Below, piece by piece: positions 1-10,155 of a stretch of 64,000 nucleotides of DNA. Source of the DNA: an uncultured Pelagibacteraceae bacterium (GTDB lineage Bacteria; Pseudomonadota; Alphaproteobacteria; Pelagibacterales; AG-422-B15); assembly GCA_902604225.1 (NCBI GenBank), contig CACKXV010000003.1:4216-68215 (forward strand). The letters are read 5' to 3'. The notes beneath the pieces were generated by a model that was given only the letters and a program-made list of their open reading frames with translations, was not told the DNA's origin and made no database searches. The first letter of the stretch is position 1. Each line of letters opens with the position of its first letter. The translations under genes were made by a program, and so were the position numbers.

Positions 1-61
1 AAGACACCACAAAGTATTGTAGCTTGAAGTCTTCCATGTTGCTTTACAAGTCCAACTAATA

Positions 62-268
62 CTAAGCATCAAATTTTTTAAATTCCTCTCGTCTTTCATT
101 ACCGTCTTTTAGTGCTAAGGCTTTTTCTTTATCGGACATTCTTAGCCAATTAGTGATTTCAAACTGCTCCCTAAAGCACCCAATACAGACTTTGCCGTTC
201 ATAAAAGCCTCATTATACTTACATATTTTGACGCATGGACTATCTACACGTGTATTTTTTTTAATCAT
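62..268 (-). CDS. DUF1289-family small Cys-rich protein
   Basis: SPCVKIC...VCIGCFR...EITNW pattern typical of DUF1289; 68 aa. Confidence 0.8.
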   Translation of the reverse strand: MIKKNTRVDSPCVKICKYNEAFMNGKVCIGCFREQFEITNWLRMSDKEKALALKDGNERREEFKKFDA

Positions 269-327
269 ATAAAGCTTGATTTATTTATATATTACAATAA
301 AAAGCAACTTCAATTTCAAATAATTAT

Positions 328-1023
328 ATGGCACGTATCACCGTTGAGGATTGTATAAAACTTATTAATAACCAATATGATTTGGTTATTCTTGCAAAAG
401 AAAGAGCAGTCCAATTGGGTAGAGGAGCTACTCCTGCTGTTGATCCTGAAAATGACAAAAAGCCTGTAATAGCCCTTAGGGAAATCAGCGAATCTAAAAT
501 TACAGCTGAAGAATTAAAAGAAAGTATTGTGTCTAAGTTGAGACAAATTCCTGACTATGAAGAAGAAGAAGAATTAGAGGAAGTGGATAATGATACATTT
601 AGACAGATGTATCAGGGTGGTTTGTCAAAATCTGAAATGGAAAAATCTGCAACACGTAAATTTACTGCAAGATCTCCCAGAGTTGAAACAAGAGCTAAAC
701 CAATTGAAGATACAGTAAGTGATCTGGAAACCTCATCTATGAGTTCAACAGATACAAATGAAACTCCAGACCTTAATGAAACTCAGGATGCATTAGATAC
801 ATCAGAAATTGAAGCTTCAATTACAGAAAGTAATGAAACAGCTTATGAGGAAACAACTGATCAAACTACAGTTGATCCAATTGAAGAAAATCTATCCTCT
901 GAAGAAGAAAATTTTACTGCGAGTGTTCAGCTAGAAGATACTAATGAAAATGAAGCTACTAATGTCGAAGAGTTACCTGAAGTTACACCGGACATTGAAG
1001 AAGACAATACTCCTAAAGAATAA
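328..1023 (+). CDS. rpoZ: RNA polymerase omega subunit with long acidic C-terminal extension
   Basis: MARITVEDC...YDLVILAKERA...ENDKKPVIALREI alphaproteobacterial omega core; about 120-aa E/D/T-rich tail. Confidence 0.95.
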   Translation: MARITVEDCIKLINNQYDLVILAKERAVQLGRGATPAVDPENDKKPVIALREISESKITAEELKESIVSKLRQIPDYEEEEELEEVDNDTFRQMYQGGLSKSEMEKSATRKFTARSPRVETRAKPIEDTVSDLETSSMSSTDTNETPDLNETQDALDTSEIEASITESNETAYEETTDQTTVDPIEENLSSEEENFTASVQLEDTNENEATNVEELPEVTPDIEEDNTPKE

Positions 1024-1028
1024 TTACC

Positions 1029-2159
1029 ATGAACTTTGACTTTTCAGATGATCAAAAGCTTTTGCGCGATCAAGCTAGAAAGTTTTTACAAGATAAATGC
1101 GACCGTAAGTCTGTAAGAAGTATCCTAGAAGATAATCAGAAAAACTATGATGCTGATCTTTGGTCTCAAATTTCTGAATTAGGTTGGACTGGTACTGCAA
1201 TACCTGAAGAATATGGAGGGCTTGGACTAGGTATGTTGGAATTATGTGTGATAGCTGAAGAGCTAGGCAGAGCTCTTGCACCCACACCATTTTCTTCTTC
1301 GATATATATCTTTGCTGAATTTTTAAAATCGTATGGTACGGATGAACAAAAGAAAAAATATTTACCACACATTGCATCTGGTGAAAAAATTGGGACATTT
1401 GCTTTATCTGAAACTAATGGGAAACCTAAACCCAATAATATAAAGACACAGCATGCTTCAGGTAAATTAAATGGATCTAAAAATCCTGTTTCTGATGGAG
1501 AGTCAGCAGACTATATCATTGTTGCAGCAAATTCTGACAGTAACTCAAATTATAATTCTCTATCACTTTTTATTATTGATAGAAACGATCCAGGCTTAAA
1601 TATTTCAAACTTAGATACCATCGATCCGACGAGACCAGCTTGCACAGTAGATTTGAAAAATGTTGCATGTGAAAGACTCGGAGACGAAGGAAGCGGTTGG
1701 GAGATGATTGATAATATTCTTAATAGAGCAGCTGTTTTATTTTCTTTTGAGCAAGTGGGTGGGGCACAAGTCTCACTTGATGAAGCAAAAAAATATTCAC
1801 TTGAGCGATTCGCTTTTGGAAAGCAGATAGGTGCGTTTCAAGCTTTAAAGCATAAGATGGCGGACATGTATGTTAAAATTGAATTAGCGAGATCTAATGC
1901 CTACTATGGCGCTTGGGCGCTAAGCACAGATTCAAATGAATTGCCAATTGCCGCTGCAGGAGCAAGGGTGAGTGCCTCGGAGGCATACAATTACGCGTCT
2001 CAGGAAAATATTCAAATACACGGAGGTGTTGGTTTTACTTGGGAATATGACTGTCACTTGTTTTATCGCAGATCCAAACTACTTTCTCTAAATATTGGCA
2101 GTATTCGTCAGTGGAAAGAAAATTTAATTTCAAATCTTGAAAAAAGGAATATAGTTTAA
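1029..2159 (+). CDS. acyl-CoA dehydrogenase family protein (short, PimD-like subunit)
   Basis: MNFDFSDDQ start, RFAFGKQIGAFQALKH, QIHGGVGFTWEYD. Confidence 0.9.
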   Translation: MNFDFSDDQKLLRDQARKFLQDKCDRKSVRSILEDNQKNYDADLWSQISELGWTGTAIPEEYGGLGLGMLELCVIAEELGRALAPTPFSSSIYIFAEFLKSYGTDEQKKKYLPHIASGEKIGTFALSETNGKPKPNNIKTQHASGKLNGSKNPVSDGESADYIIVAANSDSNSNYNSLSLFIIDRNDPGLNISNLDTIDPTRPACTVDLKNVACERLGDEGSGWEMIDNILNRAAVLFSFEQVGGAQVSLDEAKKYSLERFAFGKQIGAFQALKHKMADMYVKIELARSNAYYGAWALSTDSNELPIAAAGARVSASEAYNYASQENIQIHGGVGFTWEYDCHLFYRRSKLLSLNIGSIRQWKENLISNLEKRNIV

Positions 2160-2161
2160 AA

Positions 2162-3445
2162 ATGGATTTTAACGATACACCGCAAGAAGCTGAATTTAGA
2201 AAAAAAGTAAGATCTTTTCTAGAAGCCAATGCAGAAAAAAGATCTACTCTAGCTGCAAAGCCAAAGGGTGACTCAGGATCTTCTATTTCAAGCGCTGGAG
2301 CACCAGAAACTGTTAAAGGTGAAGATGCTGCAAAGGTAGCGCTAGACAATGCTAAAGAATGGCAAAGAAAAAAAGCTGATGCTGGATTTGCTGCTATACT
2401 ATGGCCAAAGGAATTCGGAGGATACGGAGGAACACCTATAGAACAGGTTATATACGCTCAAGAAGAACACGACTACTTTGTTCACTCAGGATATTTTGAA
2501 ATTGGAATAGGCATGCTTGGACCAACAATGATGGCTTGGGGTAAGGATGAGGACAAAAAAAGATTCCTTCCAAAAATGATTACAGGTGAAGAAATTTGGT
2601 GCCAATTATTTTCTGAACCCTCAGCAGGTTCAGATTTAGCTGGTATAAGAATGAAAGCAGAAAAAGATGGTGACGAATGGGTATTAAACGGTCAAAAGGT
2701 TTGGACTTCAGGAGCTCATTTTGCCGATTACGGAATGATTGTGGCACGATCTGATCCTACTGCCCTAAAACATAAGGGACTTACTTATTTTTATGTTGAT
2801 ATGAAAACACCAGGAATTGAAGCTAAACCTATTAAACAGATTTCTGGTTCAGCTAATTTTAATGAAGTTTTCTTTAATGACGTTCGTATACCTGACAGTC
2901 AAAGAATTGGTGCAGAGGGTGACGGGTGGAAAGTATCACTTACTACTTTAATGAATGAAAGATTAGCGGTAGGGGATCCTCCAGGCTTGGATTTCGACCA
3001 AATTTTTGAAGCCTCTAAAGAGATTGAAGTTGAGGATGGTCTTGCTGTAAAAAATAGTGAAGTAAGACAAAAAATGGCAGACTGGTATATCCAATCGCGC
3101 GGTTTGCAATATACGAAATACAGAAGCATGACCGCTTTATCAAAAGGCCAAACACCTGGACCTGAGCTCTCAATAAGTAAACTAGTCACAGCATCAAAAA
3201 TGCAAGATGTATCGTCTTATGCTCTAGATTTGATGGATATGTCAGGCATGGTTCATCAAGATCAAAATCCGATTCTTAAAAACTTATTCCAAAATGGTTA
3301 TTTTTTCTCTGCTGCCATGAGAATTGCTGGTGGCACTGACGAAGTTTTAAGAAATATTATTGCAGAAAGAGTTTTAGGTTTGCCGCAGGATGAAAGGTCA
3401 GATAAAAAACTGCCTTTCAATGAGTTGCCGTCTGGTAAAAACTAA
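2162..3445 (+). CDS. acyl-CoA dehydrogenase family protein (large subunit)
   Basis: WCQLFSEPSAGSDLA, NGQKVWTS, FNEVFF, IAGGTDEVLRNIIAERVLGLP. Confidence 0.92.
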   Translation: MDFNDTPQEAEFRKKVRSFLEANAEKRSTLAAKPKGDSGSSISSAGAPETVKGEDAAKVALDNAKEWQRKKADAGFAAILWPKEFGGYGGTPIEQVIYAQEEHDYFVHSGYFEIGIGMLGPTMMAWGKDEDKKRFLPKMITGEEIWCQLFSEPSAGSDLAGIRMKAEKDGDEWVLNGQKVWTSGAHFADYGMIVARSDPTALKHKGLTYFYVDMKTPGIEAKPIKQISGSANFNEVFFNDVRIPDSQRIGAEGDGWKVSLTTLMNERLAVGDPPGLDFDQIFEASKEIEVEDGLAVKNSEVRQKMADWYIQSRGLQYTKYRSMTALSKGQTPGPELSISKLVTASKMQDVSSYALDLMDMSGMVHQDQNPILKNLFQNGYFFSAAMRIAGGTDEVLRNIIAERVLGLPQDERSDKKLPFNELPSGKN

Positions 3446-3455
3446 TATCAGTTAA

Positions 3456-4307
3456 GTGTTTAGTACAATTTTTAGCAATGTTGCGTCAGGCGACTTGCTC
3501 TTTTCTATTTCTTTATTGATCGCCACAGGCATTTTTGCTGGTTTTATAGCGGGTCTTTTTGGCATTGGAGGAGGTGTAGTCGTAGTGCCCGCTCTTTACT
3601 ATATTTTTACTCTAGCTGAAGTAGATGAAAGTATAAGAATGCACTTAGCAGTTGGAACATCACTTGCGAATATTGTTCCAATATCAATTATTTCTGCAGT
3701 AAGTCATGCTAGGAAAAATTCTGTAAATATAGAATTCTTAAAGTTTATATTTCTTTCTATAATCGTGGGCGTTACTTGTGGCTCTGTTGCAGTGTCTTAT
3801 CTGGAGGGAAGCACGCTTATTTTGATTTACTCAATAATATTATTATTTGTCGCAGCGCAGTTTTTTTTCTGGCAAGATAAATGGAGACTATCTTCTTCTT
3901 TTCCTCAAAATTTCACTGGTCATGGATTCGGTTCAGCAATTGGCTTTCTCTCAGTGATTATTGGAGTAGGTGGTGGGTCAATAAGTATCCCTATACTCAA
4001 ACTATATAATTTTGAAATTCACAAAGCGATAGGAACAGCAGCTGGAATTGGGACAATAGTTGCTGTACCTGGAACAATTGGATTTATGATTGCAGGCTTG
4101 CAAAACAATGTCGATTTGCCACTTTCCTTTGGCTATGTAAGTCTTGTAGGACTTATATTAATTACGCCTATTACAATAATTGGGGCGCCGATTGGAGTCA
4201 AGTTTGCTCACTATTTATCTAAAAGTAAGTTAAATCTTCTCTTTGGAATATTCATCTTATTTATGTCGATCAGGTTCTATCTGGAATGGTTATCATTAAC
4301 CAGTTAA
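3456..4307 (+). CDS. TauE/SafE (TSUP) family membrane transporter
   Basis: Two GLFGIGGG / IIGVGGG repeats, AVGTS and AIGTAA motifs, multiple TM segments; GTG start. Confidence 0.88.
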   Translation: MFSTIFSNVASGDLLFSISLLIATGIFAGFIAGLFGIGGGVVVVPALYYIFTLAEVDESIRMHLAVGTSLANIVPISIISAVSHARKNSVNIEFLKFIFLSIIVGVTCGSVAVSYLEGSTLILIYSIILLFVAAQFFFWQDKWRLSSSFPQNFTGHGFGSAIGFLSVIIGVGGGSISIPILKLYNFEIHKAIGTAAGIGTIVAVPGTIGFMIAGLQNNVDLPLSFGYVSLVGLILITPITIIGAPIGVKFAHYLSKSKLNLLFGIFILFMSIRFYLEWLSLTS

Positions 4308-5810
4308 TTTCTGATCATATTCACCAACCTTACCTGTCTGATCGAGAAGTTCATTTATATAATTAAAAATTAACTCAACTTCATTATTAGATTCATAGCT
4401 TTCAATAACAATGACCAAAGACGGTTTATTTGAAGAGGCCCTTACTAGTCCCCATGAACCATTTGAAAGTTCAAACCGAATACCATTTATTGTTGTTATT
4501 TTTTCAATATTTTGACTACCAACTGTTGCCCCTTTTTCTTTTGTGTCTGTGATTTTTTTTATAATTGAGTCTACAACTTGATACTTTTCACCATCTTCAC
4601 AATAAGGGGCCATCGTTGGTGACTGAAAAGTCTTTTTAATTTCTAATTTCTTATCTGATAGTTTTTTTGTTATTCCATTACTTAAATATTGAAGCATTAG
4701 ACAAGCAGATTTTAATCCATCATCAAAACCCAGTCCCAATGGCTCATTAATAAAAAAATGACCACTTTTTTCGAAACCACATAGTGCGCCAATTTCTTTC
4801 ACTCTTCTTTTTATATGAGAATGACCTGTTTTCCACATATCGATTACACAATTATTTTCCTTTAAAATAGAACTTTCATAATAAAGTCCAGTGGACTTCA
4901 CATCGATTACAAATTTTGATTCTGGATAATCATTTGATAAGAATTCTGATAGTAATAAGCCTATTTTATCAGAAAATATTTCTTCCCCTTTATCATCAAC
5001 TACACCAAGCCGGTCACCATCACCGTCAAAAGCAAATCCTATATCAGCATTATGCTTAATGACATTTTCTGATAAGTCCTTGAGCATTACTAAGTCTTCA
5101 GGGTTTGGATTATAGTGTGGAAATTTAAAATCTAAATCGCAGTGTAACTCAATCACTTCGCAGCCCAATAGTTTTAGTAATTCCGGCGCAAATACTCCGG
5201 CGGTTCCATTACCACATGCAACAACAACTTTGATTCCTTTTTTAATTTTTACACCTGAAGAGAGGTATTTAATGTATTCATCCTTCACCCCTCGAATAAA
5301 TTGATAGATTCCATTATTTTCTATCTTTGCGTTATGATTGTTATCAACAATTTTTTTAATTGAGCTTACTTCTTCAGGCCCAAAAGTAAGTGATTTTTCT
5401 ATTCCACATTTAATTCCAGTCCAGCCATTTTCATTATGACTGGCAGTTATCATTGCTAAACTATCTGTATTTAAATGATGTTGAGCAAAATAAACCATTG
5501 GTGACACTGAAAGTCCGACATCCATTACTTTTAAACCTGAGGATAATAAACCTTTAACGACATGATATTTTACCTCTTCGCTATACGATCTATAATCATG
5601 ACCAACTACGACTGAAGAACCGCTTCCTTTTACATCAGATATATATTGGCCTAAACCATAACCAAAAACCTCAAGGCCTTGTTTATTTATCTGATCTGGA
5701 TAGAGCCACCTGGCATCATATTCCCTAAATCCATAAGGAGAAATATTTGCAACTTCGTGTTTTTCATTAAAGTCAAAACTGAGCTCAGTTTGTAATTCAA
5801 ATATTTTCAT
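4296..5810 (-). CDS. phosphomannomutase/phosphoglucomutase
   Basis: FREYDAR, TASHN phosphoserine loop, FDGDGDR, FEKSGH; ATG at 5810 preferred over 5843 because of an AAGG RBS. Confidence 0.92.
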   Translation of the reverse strand: MKIFELQTELSFDFNEKHEVANISPYGFREYDARWLYPDQINKQGLEVFGYGLGQYISDVKGSGSSVVVGHDYRSYSEEVKYHVVKGLLSSGLKVMDVGLSVSPMVYFAQHHLNTDSLAMITASHNENGWTGIKCGIEKSLTFGPEEVSSIKKIVDNNHNAKIENNGIYQFIRGVKDEYIKYLSSGVKIKKGIKVVVACGNGTAGVFAPELLKLLGCEVIELHCDLDFKFPHYNPNPEDLVMLKDLSENVIKHNADIGFAFDGDGDRLGVVDDKGEEIFSDKIGLLLSEFLSNDYPESKFVIDVKSTGLYYESSILKENNCVIDMWKTGHSHIKRRVKEIGALCGFEKSGHFFINEPLGLGFDDGLKSACLMLQYLSNGITKKLSDKKLEIKKTFQSPTMAPYCEDGEKYQVVDSIIKKITDTKEKGATVGSQNIEKITTINGIRFELSNGSWGLVRASSNKPSLVIVIESYESNNEVELIFNYINELLDQTGKVGEYDQKLTG

Positions 5811-5852
5811 TTTTGCCTTGAGTATTTGATAAGAATATAACATATTAATAAC

Positions 5853-6043
5853 GTTGGTTCACGTAAAGTGAATAACAGGGAATAAGGTTCAAATCCTTAG
5901 CTGTACCCGCAACTGTTACTCAGGAGTTTGAATACAGGTGCCACTGATTTAATCGGGAAGGCGTATTCAAGTTAAGAAAGAGAAGTCAGGAGACCTACCA
6001 ACAAAATATAGTCATCCACACGTGATCGGGATAATCATTTGGA
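5853..6043 (+). ncRNA. cobalamin riboswitch
   Basis: P1 GTTGGT/ACCAAC; AACAGGGAA-AAGGTTCAAATCCTT; CCCGCAACTGT; GCCACTG...GGGAAG; TTGAATAC/GTATTCAA stem; B12 box AGTCAGGAGACCTACC; downstream hairpin loop CGGG (6027-6030) complementary to CCCG (5906-5909); precedes a TonB-dependent receptor. Confidence 0.95.
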
Positions 6044-6082
6044 CACAATTTGTTTGCGGTGACTTCAAACTGGAGGCAAAAC

Positions 6083-8305
6083 ATGACTAAAAAATTAGTA
6101 ATATCATTTTTTATATTTCTAACATTTTTAAGTACCGTAAATGCAGAAATACCGCAGATACTTATTCAACCTAGTAGCGAACAATATACAAGACTATCGT
6201 CTGGACTAGCTGGAGCAAATATTACAATCATTGATGAGAAAATTCTTAAAACTCAACTAAACAAAAACCTTCCTCAGATAATAGAAAAATATTCAGGTAT
6301 AGAAGTCAGAAGACTTTACGATGGTGTTGAAGGAACTAATTCATCATTTGATATGAGAGGTTTTGGAGAGGCTTCAAAATCAAATGTACTAATTCTTATT
6401 AATGGTAATCGATTAAATAATATTGACATGTCTAATGTGAGCTTTTCTCACATACCAATTACATCAATTGAAAGAATTGAAATTGTTAGAGGTGGCTCAG
6501 CGGCCACTCTTTACGGTTCAGGAGCAGTTGGTGGGTCAATAAATGTAATTACCAAAAATGATGTAATAGACAATAGGACTAATATTTCTCTTGGTACGTA
6601 CAATACTCAAAAAATTAATTTCAATATAGGTTCTAAAGTAAATGATCACAGTTCTTTAGCTCTTTCTGCGTCAGGTTCTTTCAGTGATACTTTCAGAGAT
6701 GCGGCAGAGTATGAAAATCAAAATTTTATAGTTAATTATAAAAATAAAATAGAAGATGCGACACTTAGTTTAGATTTGTTTTCCTCCTCTAAAGATCAGG
6801 ATTTACCAGGACCTCGTGTAAAAGGTGGGGCTGTATATAATTATCATTTTTGTAATCGTTATGAAGATAGTAGAACGGCAAAACATATAGGTGGATCAAC
6901 TGCAACAAATGGAGATAGCTGTAACACAAATCAAAGGGATGATTACGCTGAATCAGAAAACAATAGGATCAATGCTAATATCAAATATGACGTAGATACT
7001 CTTAATAAGCTATTTATCAATTTGGGATATAAAGAAAGAATCGATAAAGCTTTTCTGGCTGCAAACGGAAACACTATTAATACTCCAAGCGACGGAGATA
7101 GGTATTTAAGAACTGAGACAGACAATAATTTGTTTAATATTAGATATGAAACAAGGCAAGTCGAAGAGACTCATTCAAATATATTAAACTTTGGTTTTGA
7201 AATTGGACACGCTTTCTATAATTCCAAAAGGTATAGAAATGAAAATGAGGCATTAGGTCATAATTATCATGCTAGCTTAAAGACGAGAGCGTTTTATCTT
7301 CAAAATACTTATTATAATAACAGTCTTGATCTAGCACTTTCGTTTGGAGCAAGACAGGAAAGATCAGAAAGTGACGCTAGAGACGAAGTTTATAGAACAG
7401 TTTCAGGTTTTATAAATTCATGGGATGCAACTGACCATGATACTTATGACAATAGTAGGAATAATTATGCCTATAATATAGGCTTTGAGAAAGGTATCGA
7501 TAAAAATCTTTCGTTATATGGAAGTTATTCAGAGTCATTTAGGATTCCTAATATTGATGAAAATATCAAAGCAACAACCTCAGGATCGTTTCATTTGGAA
7601 GATCAAGAGTCTGAAGGAATAGAAGTTGGCATCCTATATAAAACTAATATGTTAAGTCTAAATGCTAGCTACTACATTTTAGATACAAAAAATGAGATAC
7701 AATACAATCAATCAGTTAATACAAACCTTGATCCAATTGAGCGACAAGGTCTCAATATAGATTTAGAATATTTAGTTGAAGAAAATAGTAAAGTAACTGT
7801 ATCAGTCAACTTTACAGAAGCTGAATTTACTGCCGGAACATTAACTCCTGGGACAGGAGGCTCGAGTACATGTAGTTATACAAATACAACATACTGCAGC
7901 AATTCTTCGACCTGGCAAAATTTAATGGGTGGCGGCGCTTCTTTTAGTCTTGCTGGGAAATCAGTACCTTTAGTTGCTCCGCTTACTTATAGTGTTAATT
8001 ACGAAAATAAATTAAGAAATAATATTATATTTAATTTAGGTATTAAATATAATGACGAAAAATACGTTTCAAATGATCCTGAAAATATAGAGCCAAAAAT
8101 ACCTGACTATTATCAAGTTGATACTTCAGTTAATTCTACAAATGGACCTTATATTTTAACTTTCGGTATCAATAACATTTTTGATAAAAAAATATATGAC
8201 TTTGCTGTTTCAAGTACTTTTCATGATGATAATCACTACGGACTATCTAATGTATATCCTTTACCCGAAAGAAATATATTCTTTGATTTAGCGTATACTT
8301 TTTAA
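6083..8305 (+). CDS. btuB: TonB-dependent receptor, probable cobalamin transporter
   Basis: Signal peptide, plug motif IERIEIVRGG..LYGSGAVGGSINVIT, C-terminal Phe; GGAGG RBS before ATG 6083; substrate inferred from the riboswitch. Confidence 0.85.
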   Translation: MTKKLVISFFIFLTFLSTVNAEIPQILIQPSSEQYTRLSSGLAGANITIIDEKILKTQLNKNLPQIIEKYSGIEVRRLYDGVEGTNSSFDMRGFGEASKSNVLILINGNRLNNIDMSNVSFSHIPITSIERIEIVRGGSAATLYGSGAVGGSINVITKNDVIDNRTNISLGTYNTQKINFNIGSKVNDHSSLALSASGSFSDTFRDAAEYENQNFIVNYKNKIEDATLSLDLFSSSKDQDLPGPRVKGGAVYNYHFCNRYEDSRTAKHIGGSTATNGDSCNTNQRDDYAESENNRINANIKYDVDTLNKLFINLGYKERIDKAFLAANGNTINTPSDGDRYLRTETDNNLFNIRYETRQVEETHSNILNFGFEIGHAFYNSKRYRNENEALGHNYHASLKTRAFYLQNTYYNNSLDLALSFGARQERSESDARDEVYRTVSGFINSWDATDHDTYDNSRNNYAYNIGFEKGIDKNLSLYGSYSESFRIPNIDENIKATTSGSFHLEDQESEGIEVGILYKTNMLSLNASYYILDTKNEIQYNQSVNTNLDPIERQGLNIDLEYLVEENSKVTVSVNFTEAEFTAGTLTPGTGGSSTCSYTNTTYCSNSSTWQNLMGGGASFSLAGKSVPLVAPLTYSVNYENKLRNNIIFNLGIKYNDEKYVSNDPENIEPKIPDYYQVDTSVNSTNGPYILTFGINNIFDKKIYDFAVSSTFHDDNHYGLSNVYPLPERNIFFDLAYTF

Positions 8306-8329
8306 TTTATAAAGTTTATAAAATACAAA

Positions 8330-8845
8330 ATGGAAAACAGAAAAAATATTTCTATAGCTTTATTTATAATAGCTTTACTCGCTTTGAGTAGAGTTATTCC
8401 GCATCCACCAAACTTCACCCCTGTTCTTGGTATGGCAGTGTTTTCAGGGGCGATTATTAGTAAAAGATTAATTGCTTATTTAATACCTTTGATGGCAATG
8501 CTGATTAGTGATTTATATTTAGGTTTTCATGCAAGTATGCCTGTTATTTATTTTGCTTTAGCTATTTGTGTTCTTATTGGAACATTCATTGAGTCAAAAG
8601 TATCAATTTTGAACTCTCTTTTAGGCATAAGTTTGGGCGTACTTGTATTTTTCCTTATAACAAATTTCGCAGTTTGGTATGGATCAACAATGTATGAGCC
8701 TAGTTTTTCAGGCCTTATGACTTGCTACTTTATGGGACTGCCATTTGTACAAAATACATTCATCTCAAGTATTATTTATGGAATGGGAGCTTTACTAATA
8801 TACGATATCATAAATAAACGTATAGTTTTTGCCAATAATCAATAA
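8330..8845 (+). CDS. DUF6580-like putative membrane transport protein
   Basis: RVIPHPPNFTP, ISDLYLGFH, FFLITNFAVW, CYFMGLPF; several TM helices; 24 nt after btuB. Confidence 0.75.
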   Translation: MENRKNISIALFIIALLALSRVIPHPPNFTPVLGMAVFSGAIISKRLIAYLIPLMAMLISDLYLGFHASMPVIYFALAICVLIGTFIESKVSILNSLLGISLGVLVFFLITNFAVWYGSTMYEPSFSGLMTCYFMGLPFVQNTFISSIIYGMGALLIYDIINKRIVFANNQ

Positions 8846-8911
8846 AAATTAGAGTTGAAATCAATTTTTTAAGGCATTATATCATTAAAAAAACTAACTG
8901 TTAGGTGATTC

Positions 8912-10114
8912 ATGGATACAGCATTTTCAAGTGAAGATTTAAAATTTCAATCAGATGTGAGAGAGTTTATCTCAAATAATTATCCAAAAGAACTAAAAGA
9001 TTCAATTGGTACGAAGAGGAAAACTGGAAAAGAGTTGTCCCGTGATGACTTGATGTCATGGCACAAAATTTTAGGTAAACATAATGGATGGTCGGCACCT
9101 GGATGGCCTAAACAATATGGCGGTGCAGAATTTACCCCTACACAAAAATATATATTTGAACAAGAATGTGCTCGAGCAGAATGTCAATACATAATGCCTT
9201 TTGGTGTTAATATGGTAGGACCAGTTATTTATACATTCGGTAATGAAGAGCAAAAAGCAAAACATCTTCCAGGTATACTTAGCGGAGACGTATTTTGGTG
9301 CCAGGGATATTCCGAACCAGGATCTGGCTCTGATTTAGCGTCACTTAAAACCAGCGCAGTAAAAGAAGGTGATTATTATATTGTTAATGGTCAAAAAACT
9401 TGGACTACTCTTGCTCAGCACGCAGATTGGATTTTTTGCTTAGTTAGAACAAATCCAGAAGCAGAAAAACCTCAACAAGGAATTTCATTTCTTTTGATTG
9501 ATATGAAAACTCCAGGTATTACTGTTCGCCCAATCAAACTTATGGACGGATCACACGAAGTTAATGAAACTTGGTTTGATAATGTAAAGGTACCAGTTGA
9601 GAATCTAATTGGACAAGAAAATATGGGTTGGACCTATGCAAAATTTTTATTAGCCCATGAAAGATCAGGCATTGCAGGCGTCGCCAGGTCCAAAAAAGCT
9701 TTAGAAAGAATAAAGCAAATTGCAAGTGCTGAAATGTCTTATGGTGAACCGTTAATACAAGATCCAGCATTTAAATCCAAAATAGCAAATGCTGAACTTG
9801 AATTAAATTCTTTAGAGTACACTGAGCTTAGAACTTTAGCTAAAGACTCAGCGGGAAAAGGTCCTGGTCCAGAGTCTTCGCTTTTGAAAATTAAGGGTAC
9901 TGATATTCAACAGATGGTCACTGAACTTGCAATGGAAGCCGTTGGATATTACGCTAATCCGCATTTAGGCACTACATTAAGTAATGAATATGTAGGACCA
10001 GATTATGCAACTAATTTATCAGGATCATACTTTAATTTCAGAAAAGCATCTATTTATGGAGGCTCTAATGAAATCCAGAGAAATATAATCGCTAAGATGG
10101 TTCTTGGATTATAA
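8912..10114 (+). CDS. pimC: acyl-CoA dehydrogenase, PimC-like large subunit
   Basis: WCQGYSEPGSGSDLASL, NGQKTWTTLAQHADWIFCLVRT, SIYGGSNEIQRNII. Confidence 0.8.
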   Translation: MDTAFSSEDLKFQSDVREFISNNYPKELKDSIGTKRKTGKELSRDDLMSWHKILGKHNGWSAPGWPKQYGGAEFTPTQKYIFEQECARAECQYIMPFGVNMVGPVIYTFGNEEQKAKHLPGILSGDVFWCQGYSEPGSGSDLASLKTSAVKEGDYYIVNGQKTWTTLAQHADWIFCLVRTNPEAEKPQQGISFLLIDMKTPGITVRPIKLMDGSHEVNETWFDNVKVPVENLIGQENMGWTYAKFLLAHERSGIAGVARSKKALERIKQIASAEMSYGEPLIQDPAFKSKIANAELELNSLEYTELRTLAKDSAGKGPGPESSLLKIKGTDIQQMVTELAMEAVGYYANPHLGTTLSNEYVGPDYATNLSGSYFNFRKASIYGGSNEIQRNIIAKMVLGL

Positions 10115-10155
10115 AATTTTTGACATTTTAGTCGGCAATATATAGGACTACTCCC

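Noticed and set aside
1..61. Start of a minus-strand gene at the left edge
   Set aside because: Several open frames and too little sequence to assign.
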